From NCBI GenBank assembly GCA_027310185.1, contig DAIDBH010000014.1, positions 96,001 through 160,000 of the forward strand: DNA of 64,000 nucleotides. The letters run 5' to 3'. This DNA is from Thermoplasmatales archaeon (GTDB taxonomy: Archaea; Thermoplasmatota; Thermoplasmata; Thermoplasmatales; Thermoplasmataceae). Shown here piece after piece: positions 1 through 11,021 of this stretch; position 1 is the stretch's first letter; each line of letters begins with the position of its first letter. The position numbers were made by a program, and so were the translations under genes. The notes below the pieces were generated by a model, which ran no database searches, was not told the DNA's origin, and was given only the letters and a program-made list of their open reading frames with translations.

Positions 1-2
1 CA

Positions 3-290
3 ATCGGATATGCAATTCCTACAGATAGGAGCAGGTGGGGATATCTAAGTGAACATCATAGTTTCGGTGAGACAGAAAAGAAGGCTGGCTTCTTTGCTGA
101 AAAGTTAGCTGCAGAAATGCTTGCAAGCACAACAGGAGAACAGGATCAGCTCGTATGGGATGGAAAGAATGAAGAATACAGGCTGAAGGACAGGATTTTA
201 CAAACTAAAAACATCTGCTCTACTGCAGTGGTCCTGAAAGAGGATGAGTGGACAACCACCATAGGTGCAGCTGTACTGATCGTTGAATGA
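3..290 (+). CDS. pdaD: Pyruvoyl-dependent arginine decarboxylase, 3' part (5'-truncated by the window; not in ORF track)
   Basis: Frame 3 reads [43 protein letters not shown]...[24 protein letters not shown] and WTTxxxAAV are typical of the PdaD C-terminus. The stop overlaps the leuS start (ATGA). Confidence 0.85.
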   Translation: MGYAIPTDRSRWGYLSEHHSFGETEKKAGFFAEKLAAEMLASTTGEQDQLVWDGKNEEYRLKDRILQTKNICSTAVVLKEDEWTTTIGAAVLIVE

Positions 291-2992
291 TTTCGATGAA
301 TGAAGAGAAGGAGTGGCAGGAGAAGTGGAAAAATAGTGGGATATTTAATTCTGAACCAGATCAGAGGAAAAAATATCTCATAACGGTTCCATGGCCTTAT
401 ACAAGTGGCCCTCTCCATGTTGGTCACGGGAGGACTTACACACTGGCAGATATTCTCGGTAGATACAAGAGACTTAGAGGGTATAATGTCCTTTTTCCAA
501 TGGGATTCCACGAAAGTGGTACCCCAATAGGTTCAATTTCAGAGAAGATTAAACGCGGGGATGAAAAGACCATTTCCCTTTACAGGAAATATATATCTGA
601 ATATGAAAATGAGAGCATGATAGACGGAGTTCTTGAAAGTTTCAAGGATCCCCTGAATGTTGCCGACTATTTTGCCTCAAAAATTACAAAGGACTTCATG
701 GCATTAGGTTATTCCATTGACTGGAGAAGATCGTTCCGATCAATAGATCCTATTTACAGCAAATTTGTACAGTGGCAGTTCAGAAAGCTTGGAAGCTTGA
801 ATTTACTGAAACAGGGTAGTCATCCTGTACTTTATAGCGCTGAAGATGGTAATGCAGTTGGAGAGGATGATATTGAGGACGGTGATACGAACAAGGTGTC
901 CATAGAAAAATTCTCCATGGTCCTTTTCAAGAATAAAAATGAAGAGTTTTATCTGGCCGCTGCCTCTCTCAGACCGGAGACCATTTTTGCCGTTACAAAT
1001 TTGTGGATCAATCCCCGAACTAAATACGTGAAAATAAGAATTCACGATAAGATAATAGTAGTTTCGGAATATGCATCGGGTAAGATTCTGTTGCAGTTTG
1101 AAGATTCTGAGATAGTAGGCGAAGTAGATAATAGTAAACTCATGGATGGCTGGTATACAGTTCCATTTGCAGAAACTGAAGTAAGAGTTTATCCAAATGC
1201 AGGAATCAATCCTGAGCAGGCTACAGGTGTTGTGTATAGTGTCCCTGGACATTCTGTTATGGACCTGAATTTTATCAGGGGTCTTGGGCTGGATATTCAG
1301 GCTATTCATATAATAACGGCAAAGAACGGTTTGTCAAGAGCTTCAGATTACCTGAATAAGTTGAATGATCCTGTAGAAGCGAATGCTGAAATTTACAGGG
1401 ATGAATTTTATGAAGGGTACATGGTCAATACCCTGCCAGTCATTGGAGGGAAAAGTGTAAGAGAAGCAAGAGATATAATGAATTCAAAACTTCATGAAAG
1501 AGGCACTGGCTTCACCTTCTATGAAACCTCACGACCGGCAAAGACCAGGGATGGAAAACCTGTTACAGTATCAATAATGCATGATCAGTGGTTCATAGAT
1601 TATTCCGATGAAGCGTGGAAGGACAAAACCAGAGGAAATGTTTCCACAATGCACTTTTTCCCTGAATTTTACAGAAAGAACATGTTTGACGTGATTGACT
1701 GGATAGAAGAAAGGGCATGTGCAAGGAAAAGAGGACTTGGAACCCCTCTCCCCGAGGATCCTTCGTGGGTTATAGAATCGCTTTCAGATTCCACAATATA
1801 CCCAGCATTCTATACATTTGCCCATCTCATAAATAATGAAATCGCAGAAGAAATAGATGATGAATTCTTTGATTTTATAATAAGCGATGAGAAAAAACAG
1901 GTTCCAGAAAAGATAGGGAAATTGTCGGAGAAAGCAAAGATGGAGTTTCAGTACTGGTACGGCGTGGATCAGAGGATAACCTCAGCATCTCATATGTCAA
2001 ACCACCTTGTCTTCTATCTAATGAATCACAGTGCATTGCTGGAAGATTGCTATCAACCTGGAGGAATTTCAATTATAGGAATGGTTATATCCAATGGTGC
2101 CAAAATTTCAAAGAGCAAGGGGAATGCAGTTTCCCTTCTTGATGTTGTGAGGCAGTACGGGGCAGACCTTTTCAGGTTGTATGTGGCACTTGTAGCAGAG
2201 GTGGATTCGGTGCTGGACTGGAACGAGTCTGAGATAGAAAATATAAGGGGAGTTTATGATACCATAAGAAACACTCTTGCTATTCCAGCGAGCACCACAG
2301 TGAAAAGTAAGGATAATTACACTGAGGTCTTTAAGATTAAATTCAAGCATCATCTCAGAAATTACCTTGAAAAGATGGATAATTTCCAGATTAGAGGGGC
2401 CTATGTAGAAATGGTGTATGAAGTTATGAGGGAACTGAACCAGCTTGGAAGCCTGGGCATGGACGTTGCTGCAGCGGTGAGTGAGGTCAGGAGGGAATGG
2501 GTCCAGGTATTATCATGTGTAGTTCCTCATATGGCTGAAACAGTATGGAGTCAACTGAATGAGGGTGGTTTTGTTTCAAATAGCGAAATTTCAATAGAGG
2601 ACATTTCAGAAAATGAAATGAACAGGGAAAGAAGTTTTGATTATACCATGTCACTTGCAGACGATATAAGGTCAATTCAGGCTGTTACAAAAATAAAACC
2701 ATCAATGATAAGAATAACTGTAAGCAATAGCAGGATAAAGGAAGAGACAAGGCGGATAGTCGATGGGGACCTCAATGTCTCAATGAAGTCCATTATTGGA
2801 AACGTGAAGAAATTTCGTGGTAAACTCAACATGGAAGTTGATGAAATGGCTGCCATTTCTGAATTCAAGGGTATACTACAGAAAATTTTCTCTGCAGATG
2901 TAATGGTGGAAGAGTATGGAGGAGATGGGAAAGGCAAGGTACCATTGCCGGGAAGACCAGTAATAGAACTTAGGGGTGATCGAGTTGGATGA
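287..2992 (+). CDS. leuS: Leucyl-tRNA synthetase (archaeal type)
   Basis: [11 protein letters not shown] (HIGH), KISKS (KMSKS), CP1 editing motifs SLRPET and [22 protein letters not shown]. Confidence 0.97.
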   Translation: MISMNEEKEWQEKWKNSGIFNSEPDQRKKYLITVPWPYTSGPLHVGHGRTYTLADILGRYKRLRGYNVLFPMGFHESGTPIGSISEKIKRGDEKTISLYRKYISEYENESMIDGVLESFKDPLNVADYFASKITKDFMALGYSIDWRRSFRSIDPIYSKFVQWQFRKLGSLNLLKQGSHPVLYSAEDGNAVGEDDIEDGDTNKVSIEKFSMVLFKNKNEEFYLAAASLRPETIFAVTNLWINPRTKYVKIRIHDKIIVVSEYASGKILLQFEDSEIVGEVDNSKLMDGWYTVPFAETEVRVYPNAGINPEQATGVVYSVPGHSVMDLNFIRGLGLDIQAIHIITAKNGLSRASDYLNKLNDPVEANAEIYRDEFYEGYMVNTLPVIGGKSVREARDIMNSKLHERGTGFTFYETSRPAKTRDGKPVTVSIMHDQWFIDYSDEAWKDKTRGNVSTMHFFPEFYRKNMFDVIDWIEERACARKRGLGTPLPEDPSWVIESLSDSTIYPAFYTFAHLINNEIAEEIDDEFFDFIISDEKKQVPEKIGKLSEKAKMEFQYWYGVDQRITSASHMSNHLVFYLMNHSALLEDCYQPGGISIIGMVISNGAKISKSKGNAVSLLDVVRQYGADLFRLYVALVAEVDSVLDWNESEIENIRGVYDTIRNTLAIPASTTVKSKDNYTEVFKIKFKHHLRNYLEKMDNFQIRGAYVEMVYEVMRELNQLGSLGMDVAAAVSEVRREWVQVLSCVVPHMAETVWSQLNEGGFVSNSEISIEDISENEMNRERSFDYTMSLADDIRSIQAVTKIKPSMIRITVSNSRIKEETRRIVDGDLNVSMKSIIGNVKKFRGKLNMEVDEMAAISEFKGILQKIFSADVMVEEYGGDGKGKVPLPGRPVIELRGDRVG

Positions 2993-4922
2993 AATGGATT
3001 TTAGAGTTGAAAGTGCAAGGAAGCTTGGGAAGGATCAGGAACTTGTTCTCCATGGAGGAGGGAATGCAAGTGTAAAGGTGCTGGAAACAGATCATGCAGG
3101 AAGGATAATAAAAATTCTAAGGGTCAAGGGAAGCGGATCTGACATGGCCACAATTGACCGCAAGGGGTTCACTGGTGTAAGGATGGAGGATTTGCTGCAT
3201 GCAAGAATGATAGATGAAATGAGCGATGAGGAAATGATGAGTTATCTCAGAAAGAGCATGATAGATTCCTCTGAACCTTCTCCGTCTGTAGAAACTTTTC
3301 TGCATGCCTTCATCCCATACACATACGTTGATCATTCCCATTCTGACCACATACTGATGCTGACTAATTCCAATCTGAAAAATGATGAACTCAAGGAGAT
3401 TCTCGGGAATGTAATAATTCTTGATTATTATCCACCAGGCTTCAAGCTTGCGAAGAAGGTCATGGAAATAGTAAGCAAGATAACACCTGATGTTGATGGG
3501 ATTGTACTATCCAAGCATGGTCTGTTCACCTTCGGTGAGACAGCTGATGAGAGCTATGAAAAGCATATAAAAATTGTTGACAGGGCCAGGGATTATATAT
3601 CAAGAAAAATAAAAGGACCCATATTCAATGAAAAATTCAAAAATGATGAATCAGCCTATGAAAAACTTCCAGAACTTAGAGGGGCTGTGTCAAAGAACTA
3701 CAGAAAAATACTCCTCGTTGATCGATCTGAAGAGGCAATCAGGATTGCCCGTTCTGAGGAGGGTGAAATATTCAGGGAGAGTGGGCCTGCAACACCAGAC
3801 ATGCTTATACGTACAAAATATGATTATCTTTATGTCACAGGGGAAGAAGACCCTGGTGAGAAAGTAAGGGAATACTCAGAAAAATATGAAAAAGAATATA
3901 AAACATACATTAAGGAATTTCCAATGCATGATCCCTTCCCTTCTATCATTCTTATCAGGGGTTTTGGGATTGTTACAGCTGCAAGAACCTACAGGGAATG
4001 TTCAATTATCAGGGACCAGTTCATACATTCAATGAGGGTAAATTCCGTTGCAGAAAAACTTGGAAAACATTCCTTCATTTCCAGAAAGGAGGCTTTCGAT
4101 ATGGAATACTGGCCACTAGAAGAGGCAAAGCTCAAGAAATTCAAGCCGAGAAAGCTTGAGGGGACTGTGAGCATAGTCACTGGTGCAGCCAATGGAATAG
4201 GATTGGAAGCTTTCAGGAAACTTGCTGCAAACGGTTCCAATGTTGTTGGAGCGGATAAGGAAAAATCAATCAGTGATATTGCCACATCAATTTCAAATGA
4301 ATTCGGAACTGAAGCCCTAGGTTATGAAATCGATCTCACAGATACAGAAAGGGTAAAAAAAATGATAGGGGATATCCGGGATAAATATGGAGGAGTTGAC
4401 GTAGTATTCCATAATGCAGGAATTCTGAAGTCAGAGTACATAGAGGATATTCAACTGGATACCCTCATGTTGCATTTCAAGATCAATTCACTGGCACCTT
4501 TCATAATATCTCAGGAAGTATTCAGGATAATGAAGAAGCAGGGAATAGGTGGAAATTTTGTTTTCAACATAACAAAGAACCTTACCAACCCCGGTCCTGG
4601 AATGATATCCTATGGTACCACCAAGGCATTTTCAGCACAACTTTCACACTATATTGCGAAGGAGGGAGGCAGGTATGGTATCAGGTCCAACATCATAAAC
4701 CCCGACAAGATCTTCAAAAATTCAAAGATCTGGGAAAATGGTGTCCTGGAGGCAAGAGCCAAGGCTAAAGGACTGACCGCTGACGAGTACAAGAGGGGAA
4801 ACCTTCTCCGGAAAGAAGTGCTTCCAGAACATGTTGCGAATATGCTGATTGCAATGCTGGATGAAGATACATTTGGAGCAACCACAGATTCCATGGTTCC
4901 AGTTGATGGCGGTATACTATAG
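2976..4922 (+). CDS. Bifunctional class II aldolase / short-chain dehydrogenase (RhaEW/YuxG-like)
   Basis: N-domain LVLHGGGNASVK, VKGSGSDM, PSVETFLH, DHSHSD metal His; C-domain TGAANGIG, NAGI, YGTTK. Confidence 0.9.
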   Translation: MIELDEMDFRVESARKLGKDQELVLHGGGNASVKVLETDHAGRIIKILRVKGSGSDMATIDRKGFTGVRMEDLLHARMIDEMSDEEMMSYLRKSMIDSSEPSPSVETFLHAFIPYTYVDHSHSDHILMLTNSNLKNDELKEILGNVIILDYYPPGFKLAKKVMEIVSKITPDVDGIVLSKHGLFTFGETADESYEKHIKIVDRARDYISRKIKGPIFNEKFKNDESAYEKLPELRGAVSKNYRKILLVDRSEEAIRIARSEEGEIFRESGPATPDMLIRTKYDYLYVTGEEDPGEKVREYSEKYEKEYKTYIKEFPMHDPFPSIILIRGFGIVTAARTYRECSIIRDQFIHSMRVNSVAEKLGKHSFISRKEAFDMEYWPLEEAKLKKFKPRKLEGTVSIVTGAANGIGLEAFRKLAANGSNVVGADKEKSISDIATSISNEFGTEALGYEIDLTDTERVKKMIGDIRDKYGGVDVVFHNAGILKSEYIEDIQLDTLMLHFKINSLAPFIISQEVFRIMKKQGIGGNFVFNITKNLTNPGPGMISYGTTKAFSAQLSHYIAKEGGRYGIRSNIINPDKIFKNSKIWENGVLEARAKAKGLTADEYKRGNLLRKEVLPEHVANMLIAMLDEDTFGATTDSMVPVDGGIL

Positions 4923-5879
4923 GAAATGTGAAAGAATCTTCCTGAAACTAATGGAGAAACCGAACTTCTTCATTTCATTTATTGCAAGTCGCACTGCGAG
5001 AATGTTGGATGACATGAATACCCTTCCGGATTGAATGTTCTCCACTAAATTTGCTATCCTTTCGAATTCTTTCATTCGCTTGCTTATCCTATTCTGGTAA
5101 ATAATAGATATTTCTCCAATGTCATCGCTCTTCTTCATGCTTTGAAAAAGGGCCTCCGCTGATTCCAAAGCTGGAATTATGCCTTCACCCAGCAATGGCG
5201 AGATGTACCCTATGCTCTCTCCAACTCCAAGTATATTGCCGGAAGTTATGTTCTCTTTTATAGGCCTCATCCTTATCATTCTTGACACTGTTCTGACCGC
5301 TTCATACTTCTCCAGATGATCTTTTACTTCTTCCAGGTTAATACCCCCTGCCCCCATATGATACCTGTCTCCCAGTGGAAACGACCAGAAGTATCCCCTC
5401 CCTTCCGGAAAGAAATAAAAGTAAAATCCTTTATATTCTGATTTTCTGCATACCTTTTCAATGGCAAACATCTTCTTATCTTTCCCGCTTGCTGGAAGAT
5501 AAAACCTCGAAACGCCGGTGGCATCAATAACAGGCTGATCCTGATTTAATGGACATGTGGAGTGAAGCACCTCCTCACCGCTCATCAACTGTTCCATTTT
5601 CATCTTGTTGACCGTGCATAAACCAGTATTTTCTGCTTCAATTGGCTCAAAATTATTGCCCGCAATCTCAACAATATTATCCTGAGCTTCCAGGATCTGA
5701 TCGAATTCAATGTTCAGGTTGCTCAGGTATGGCACAAGAAGATTCCTGTTAGTTGCAAATCCGCATGGTATGTAAAAATCCTTTATCTTTGGATCAAATA
5801 TCCTGACATCATACCCCTCATTTCTCATCCTGCCAAAAAGATATGACCCCGCTATTCCTGCGCCTGCAATATTCCACAC
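4917..5879 (-). CDS. FAD-dependent oxidoreductase, geranylgeranyl reductase-like
   Basis: GAGIAG Rossmann motif, PCG, DATG, GYFWSFP (YxWxFP), GESIGYISPLLGEGI. Confidence 0.8.
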   Translation of the reverse strand: MWNIAGAGIAGSYLFGRMRNEGYDVRIFDPKIKDFYIPCGFATNRNLLVPYLSNLNIEFDQILEAQDNIVEIAGNNFEPIEAENTGLCTVNKMKMEQLMSGEEVLHSTCPLNQDQPVIDATGVSRFYLPASGKDKKMFAIEKVCRKSEYKGFYFYFFPEGRGYFWSFPLGDRYHMGAGGINLEEVKDHLEKYEAVRTVSRMIRMRPIKENITSGNILGVGESIGYISPLLGEGIIPALESAEALFQSMKKSDDIGEISIIYQNRISKRMKEFERIANLVENIQSGRVFMSSNILAVRLAINEMKKFGFSISFRKILSHFL

Positions 5880-5976
5880 CCCACTGCATTATAACACTTT
5901 AATAAAACTTGGTGCTCAATCTGTGCATCGGTTTATGGAAAATGCAGATGCATAAGGATTAATTAATATCGTAAAA

Positions 5977-6762
5977 TTGCAGTACGTGAGATATCTTCTA
6001 GGATTTTCCTATGCTGGAACAAAATTCACAGGTTTCCAGAGAGGTACAGGCGAGAGGAGCGTGGAAGATTGCATTTTACATGTATTGAATGAGAATTCGC
6101 TCGGTGTAAATTTCAGATGCTGCTCAAGGACAGATCGTGGAGTATCAGCCATCATGAATACGTGCACCATAGATACCGACAGGAATGCTGTAGATATAAT
6201 AGGAATATTGAACTCAAGCCTTGAAGATATTTACTTTCATGAATATGCGAAGGTTGATGATGATTTCAATGTCCGGAGGGTCATGTACAAGAAATACATT
6301 TATATTATTCCTGAAACAGGGATATTCCCTTTGATTAAGCTCGAAGACCTCAAAAAATTTGAGGGAGAGCACGATTTTTCCAATTTCTGTAAGCTGAATG
6401 GTAGAAACACCAGACGAACAGTTATGGAAATTGATGAATTCCATAGAAATAACATGAGATACATTTCATTCAAGGCAAGGGGGTTTCTTTGGAACCAGAT
6501 CAGGTTCATGATGGGATATGCTATGGAAAGATCAAGGGAAAAGAGAACATCAGAAGAACCATTTTCAGAGGAGTACAGGGTGAGGAGGCTGGCTCCAGCT
6601 GAATTTCTATTTCTGGAAGAGATCACCTATGACGGTATTGAATTTCGGAAGGTGATCAGGAAGTCCACAAAAAAGAAGGTTGAAAGATCATATATGAATT
6701 CTCTTACACTGTTTAATTTCAATAAGTTAATGCTTGATATCACAGATGATACTCACATTTAA
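5977..6762 (+). CDS. truA: tRNA pseudouridine(38-40) synthase TruA
   Basis: YAGTKFTGFQ, SRTDRGVSA catalytic Asp, GEHDFSNF, FLWNQIR. Confidence 0.93.
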   Translation: MQYVRYLLGFSYAGTKFTGFQRGTGERSVEDCILHVLNENSLGVNFRCCSRTDRGVSAIMNTCTIDTDRNAVDIIGILNSSLEDIYFHEYAKVDDDFNVRRVMYKKYIYIIPETGIFPLIKLEDLKKFEGEHDFSNFCKLNGRNTRRTVMEIDEFHRNNMRYISFKARGFLWNQIRFMMGYAMERSREKRTSEEPFSEEYRVRRLAPAEFLFLEEITYDGIEFRKVIRKSTKKKVERSYMNSLTLFNFNKLMLDITDDTHI

Positions 6763-6787
6763 AATAAAATAAAGCATATGGACGTAT

Positions 6788-7498
6788 ATGGGAATACTGG
6801 AAGATTACTTCAAAGGAAAGACCTTCATCATCGCTGGAGTTGGCCCAGGACAGGGGTTATCAACTGCCAGGTTGCTAAAGAAATTTGGTGCCACTGTATA
6901 TGGACTTTCAAGAAGTGGAGTTTTTCCTTCTGAAAAGTTGGATAAGGAGATAAGGATAGAGAAATGCGATCTCGAAGACACATCGGAAATCAGAAAAACC
7001 CTGGAAGAAATAATAAAAGAAACTGGTGCTATTAATGGTTCAGTAAACAATGTGGGTACATGGGAACCTGCTGAGAACAAGGTTGTTAAGCCAGATACAT
7101 TGATGAAATTTTTCAAATTGAATGTGATGACCCAGTATAATTTGATCTATATTTTGAAGGACATGATGAACTCTGGTTCCAGCATGGTGAATATTGGGGC
7201 ATCAAGACATCTATTTGGTGCAAATCACTCAGGCTATACCATTTCAAAATATGCCATCGAGGAGATGACAAGAATAACAGCTTCTGGCCTGAAAAAGAGT
7301 GGGATAAGAGTCAACTCTATCCTGCCAGGTTCAGTTGGTAAGGAAGACAATTTTGGAGATATATTTCCATTCAACTTCAATGACGGGAGGACAATGGACC
7401 CATTGAAAATAGCATACGTATCGGCTTTCCTACTTTCCCCCCTTTCTGCCGGAATTAATGGGGAATCCCTGACCGTTGATGACGGCATGGGATTGTGA
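6788..7498 (+). CDS. Short-chain dehydrogenase/reductase
   Basis: AGVGPGQG, NNVG, YTISK, RVNSILPG, C-terminal LTVDDG. Confidence 0.88.
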   Translation: MGILEDYFKGKTFIIAGVGPGQGLSTARLLKKFGATVYGLSRSGVFPSEKLDKEIRIEKCDLEDTSEIRKTLEEIIKETGAINGSVNNVGTWEPAENKVVKPDTLMKFFKLNVMTQYNLIYILKDMMNSGSSMVNIGASRHLFGANHSGYTISKYAIEEMTRITASGLKKSGIRVNSILPGSVGKEDNFGDIFPFNFNDGRTMDPLKIAYVSAFLLSPLSAGINGESLTVDDGMGL

Positions 7499-7527
7499 AT
7501 TGTGGAAAAGTTTGATACCCGATAGAA

Positions 7528-8565
7528 TTATTTTAATGAATCCGGTTTCATCTTAAAATTAAAATTTTTTAGAGATGCAAAGATATATAGCACGAATACC
7601 ATGAATGAGATAACTAATGTGGCTATCTTGTAGAAGTATGCCCTGGTATTATCCCAAAGGAGATAAGTTGCAAAATCTGCTATTCCCATGGGAAATACGT
7701 ATGCAAAAAGGGAGAATGTAAATTGTTCAAATCTCGTAGAGATGAGGAAACTCAATGAAATGATCATATAAAGAAGGATTGCGCCCCAGATCATAATTGA
7801 AATTTCAAGAAATATTTCTTCCGGAAATTGAAAGTAATGTATCAGGTTAAGGTCTGGAAGCAGCAAAAGGTTGAGCAGGAACATACTGAGACCGCCAACG
7901 GGAAGCATCGTGAATGGTATTTCGTTCCTTGGCCTGTCTCCTGAGAGATATGAATGAAAGGCAGATGTTGAAATGAACAGGAATTGCAAGATTGATATGC
8001 CAAATCCCATCATTGTAAGATATATGATTCCTGGAGCAAGAAAACTGAGCACTGTCCCTTCCAGATCTGGAACCAGTACGGAAGAGAGTATTATGCCTCC
8101 GGCCATTACAATTGAAGGGATTATATTGACAAAGGTTAGTGAGGCTGTTTTTATTCTTCCACTAAAAACCCTGTAATCGAATACCACATTTATGATGAGT
8201 GAATAGACAAATACCAGTATGAAAATGAATGAAAATACTTCCATAGAAATATTACTTTTGCCGAAAAATGTAATGTAGAAGAAGGCAAAGGCATAATATA
8301 TTACTGAAAGGAGACCGGCGATACTAAGATTTGTGCTTGAACTGAAGTCTTCCCTCATGGAACCTACTCTGGTGACATATTTTAAGACCCATAGTACTGC
8401 AATGATCCAGAAGATGGATAAAACTATGATAAAGGCAATTTTTGAAGTAGCAAGTAGAAAGCTCGAGTTCAGTACGAGCGAAAGTATAAAGATGGAAAGA
8501 ACGATGGAAGTGGATGCAAGAATAAACGTGAGCCATACTGGACCCAATTTTTCCAGAAATTTCAT
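7528..8565 (-). CDS. TDT/SLAC1-family (tellurite/dicarboxylate) membrane transporter
   Basis: About 10 hydrophobic helices; N-terminal GPVWLT and FTFSLFAYVFPMG motif typical of the TDT family. Confidence 0.7.
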   Translation of the reverse strand: MKFLEKLGPVWLTFILASTSIVLSIFILSLVLNSSFLLATSKIAFIIVLSIFWIIAVLWVLKYVTRVGSMREDFSSSTNLSIAGLLSVIYYAFAFFYITFFGKSNISMEVFSFIFILVFVYSLIINVVFDYRVFSGRIKTASLTFVNIIPSIVMAGGIILSSVLVPDLEGTVLSFLAPGIIYLTMMGFGISILQFLFISTSAFHSYLSGDRPRNEIPFTMLPVGGLSMFLLNLLLLPDLNLIHYFQFPEEIFLEISIMIWGAILLYMIISLSFLISTRFEQFTFSLFAYVFPMGIADFATYLLWDNTRAYFYKIATLVISFMVFVLYIFASLKNFNFKMKPDSLK

Positions 8566-8805
8566 ATTCTACGTATCTCTTGATTCAATTTCTAATTTCC
8601 TCACGAAAAACCTGTTCATCCTTGCCATGAATTTAAGAACATTAAATTGCCTTGAAGAAAGGACTTACTGACAGCCCGGCAATAGGCTGTTAAGCGAACT
8701 GCAAAAATAATCATGAGATAGGAATAAAGCATGTGAAATTCCCTTGTTATTTCAGTTATGTATAAAATGATGCAATATTTATGTATGATCCAGACATTTA
8801 CAATT

Positions 8806-10356
8806 ATGCCATTCGAAAATGAGGTTACATATGTTAAATATGTAAAAAATGGAAAGGAAAGAGAATTTAATGAATTGTACGACAAGGCCTGTGAGGAAGC
8901 AAAGAAGTATATTGGAAAGGAATACAAAAATATTATAGGAAATGAAGTCGAAGAAAGCAATAAGATAAAGCATACGTCTCCAGTTGATGGAAAAGAGATA
9001 GGTACATTCCAGGCCGGTTCACAGAAATATGTTGACCAGGCTATTGCCATGCTTAAAAAAGCCCAGAAGTCCTGGTTTAAGTCAGGATATGTGAACAGGG
9101 CACGGGTAATGCTGAAGGCTGCTGATCTTCTTTCGAGAGATAAGTTTCTGATTTCTGCACTGCTTGCCTATGAAAATGGGAAGAACAGAACTGAGGCAAT
9201 GGCCGACGTTGATGAGGGTATAGATTTCCTTAGATATTATGCCCTGAACCTTATAGAAAATCAGGGTTTTGTAAGATTTACTGGTAAGGGATATGAAAAT
9301 GAGGAAAGTATGTCCTACATGAAACCATACGGCGTTTTTGCAGTGATTGCACCATTCAATTTCTATGCCATTACAGCAGGAATGGTTGCTGGACCTCTGA
9401 TTACTGGAAATTCTGTGCTGTTGAAACCATCAAGTGATATACCTTTAACTTCTTACCTTTATGTGAAGACACTGATTGAGGCAGGTGTTCCGGCTGAGAA
9501 CATTGCATTCATTTCAGGAAAGGGGAGCGAAATTGGACCATACATAACATCCCACAGGGACATCTCCGGAATACTTTTCACTGGATCACGGGATGCGGGT
9601 ATTAGTATATTCAGGAATGCAACAAAGGACAGGCCTAAAGTCGTGATTACTGAAATGGGAGGAAAGGATACAATCACTGTAACTTCCAGAGCTGATGTTA
9701 ACAAGGCAGTTAATGGAGTTTACAGAGCCGCTTTTGGATATTCCGGACAGAAATGCAGTGCCTGTTCCATTGCATATGTTGAAGATAAGATATACGACCA
9801 ATTTCTGGCAAAGATAAAGGATATAACAGACAAACTCGTTGTTGGAGACCCAAAGAAACTTGAAACTTACATGGGACCAGTGATCAACAGGGAGGCAGTT
9901 GAGAAATTCAAGAAATATTCTGAGGTAGCCAGAAAAGATGGAAAGATTCTATCTGGAGGAAATGTCATTGAAGGTCCAGGAAACTTTGTGAGACCGACAA
10001 TCGTTACGGATCTTCCAGGGAATTCCGATATCATTAAGCATGAATTGTTCCTTCCTTTCCTCGCAATAGTGAAGGTAAAAAGTCTGGATGAGGCCATAGA
10101 AAAGATAAACGAATCAGATTACGGCCTGACTGGAGGCATATTCACAGAAGACCCAGCAGAAATCCAGAAATATTTCGATGAGGTCGAGGTCGGAACAATA
10201 TATGCAAACAGGGAAAGGGGAGGTTCCACAGGAGCAATGGTTGGTTCACAGCCGTTCGTTGGATGGAAACTGAGCGGAATCAGTGGAAAAGGTACCGGTT
10301 CATTCTACTATCTGCAGCAGTTTTTAAGGGAACAATCACAGACGATTGCCCATTGA
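8806..10356 (+). CDS. Aldehyde dehydrogenase, likely 1-pyrroline-5-carboxylate dehydrogenase (RocA type)
   Basis: MPFENE start (ATG 8806 downstream of a TATA-like TTTATGTA), IAPFNF, FTGS, EMGGKD, GQKCSAC, STGAMVGSQPF. Confidence 0.85.
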   Translation: MPFENEVTYVKYVKNGKEREFNELYDKACEEAKKYIGKEYKNIIGNEVEESNKIKHTSPVDGKEIGTFQAGSQKYVDQAIAMLKKAQKSWFKSGYVNRARVMLKAADLLSRDKFLISALLAYENGKNRTEAMADVDEGIDFLRYYALNLIENQGFVRFTGKGYENEESMSYMKPYGVFAVIAPFNFYAITAGMVAGPLITGNSVLLKPSSDIPLTSYLYVKTLIEAGVPAENIAFISGKGSEIGPYITSHRDISGILFTGSRDAGISIFRNATKDRPKVVITEMGGKDTITVTSRADVNKAVNGVYRAAFGYSGQKCSACSIAYVEDKIYDQFLAKIKDITDKLVVGDPKKLETYMGPVINREAVEKFKKYSEVARKDGKILSGGNVIEGPGNFVRPTIVTDLPGNSDIIKHELFLPFLAIVKVKSLDEAIEKINESDYGLTGGIFTEDPAEIQKYFDEVEVGTIYANRERGGSTGAMVGSQPFVGWKLSGISGKGTGSFYYLQQFLREQSQTIAH

Positions 10357-10376
10357 TATTAAGATAATTTTTTTTA

Positions 10377-11021
10377 TCAAATTTCTAAATTTTCTTTCAG
10401 TATCTTCATGAAGAGTTTTTTTTCTTCTTCCATTCTGTATTTTTTATCATTGATTTTAGAAACTGAAGTCATCACAGACCAGTCATAGCCACATGGGTTT
10501 ATGAGGCTGAATTTTTCAAGATCTGTGTTCACGTTCAACCCGATCCCGTGCATGGTGAACCCTCCCCTAATTGCAAAGCCTGTTGATGATATCTTATGAT
10601 TGCCAACCCAAACACCTGTTTCCTTCTTGAGTCTGGAATGAGCAATTATTCCATGCTTTTCAAGATACTGGATTTCCACTCCGTGTACAAAATTGATCAG
10701 GTCAAGAATGTTTATTCCCCTTTTATTCAGGTTGATCAGGAAATACGCGGTTATCTGTCCTGGTCCATGGTATGTAATTCCACCACCTCTTTCTATAAAA
10801 TGAACGTTTTCAAGGTTTGTCGTGTTCCCATCGTGATGGATACCACATGTATAAACAGGATCGTGTTCGCATATAATTATGGATTCCATACCTGATCCTT
10901 CAATCATTTCCATGTTAATCCTTCTCTGGAGAGCCAGACCTTCAGGATAAGGAAGATTTTGAAAAATTGAAAATTCTATTTGCCCGTTTATTTCACTATT
11001 TTTCAAGCCTGGATTTAACAT
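10377..11021 (-). CDS. lipB: Lipoyl(octanoyl) transferase LipB
   Basis: EHDPVYTCG, RGGGITYHGPGQ, KISSTG, HGIGLN, INPCG. Start taken as ATG 11021, overlapping the pckG stop. Confidence 0.9.
   Translation of the reverse strand: MLNPGLKNSEINGQIEFSIFQNLPYPEGLALQRRINMEMIEGSGMESIIICEHDPVYTCGIHHDGNTTNLENVHFIERGGGITYHGPGQITAYFLINLNKRGINILDLINFVHGVEIQYLEKHGIIAHSRLKKETGVWVGNHKISSTGFAIRGGFTMHGIGLNVNTDLEKFSLINPCGYDWSVMTSVSKINDKKYRMEEEKKLFMKILKENLEI

Noticed and set aside
287-2992. LeuRS as an inactive paralogue (KISKS instead of KMSKS)
   Set aside because: HVGH, the second Lys of the KMSKS loop and the editing-site Asp are all retained; this looks like ordinary variation.
8662-8695. Hairpin ACAGCC-N8-GGCTGT upstream of the TDT transporter as a fluoride riboswitch
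   Set aside because: It lacks the GAUG..GUUC and CUGAUGA..CUAC consensus; only a short stem is present.
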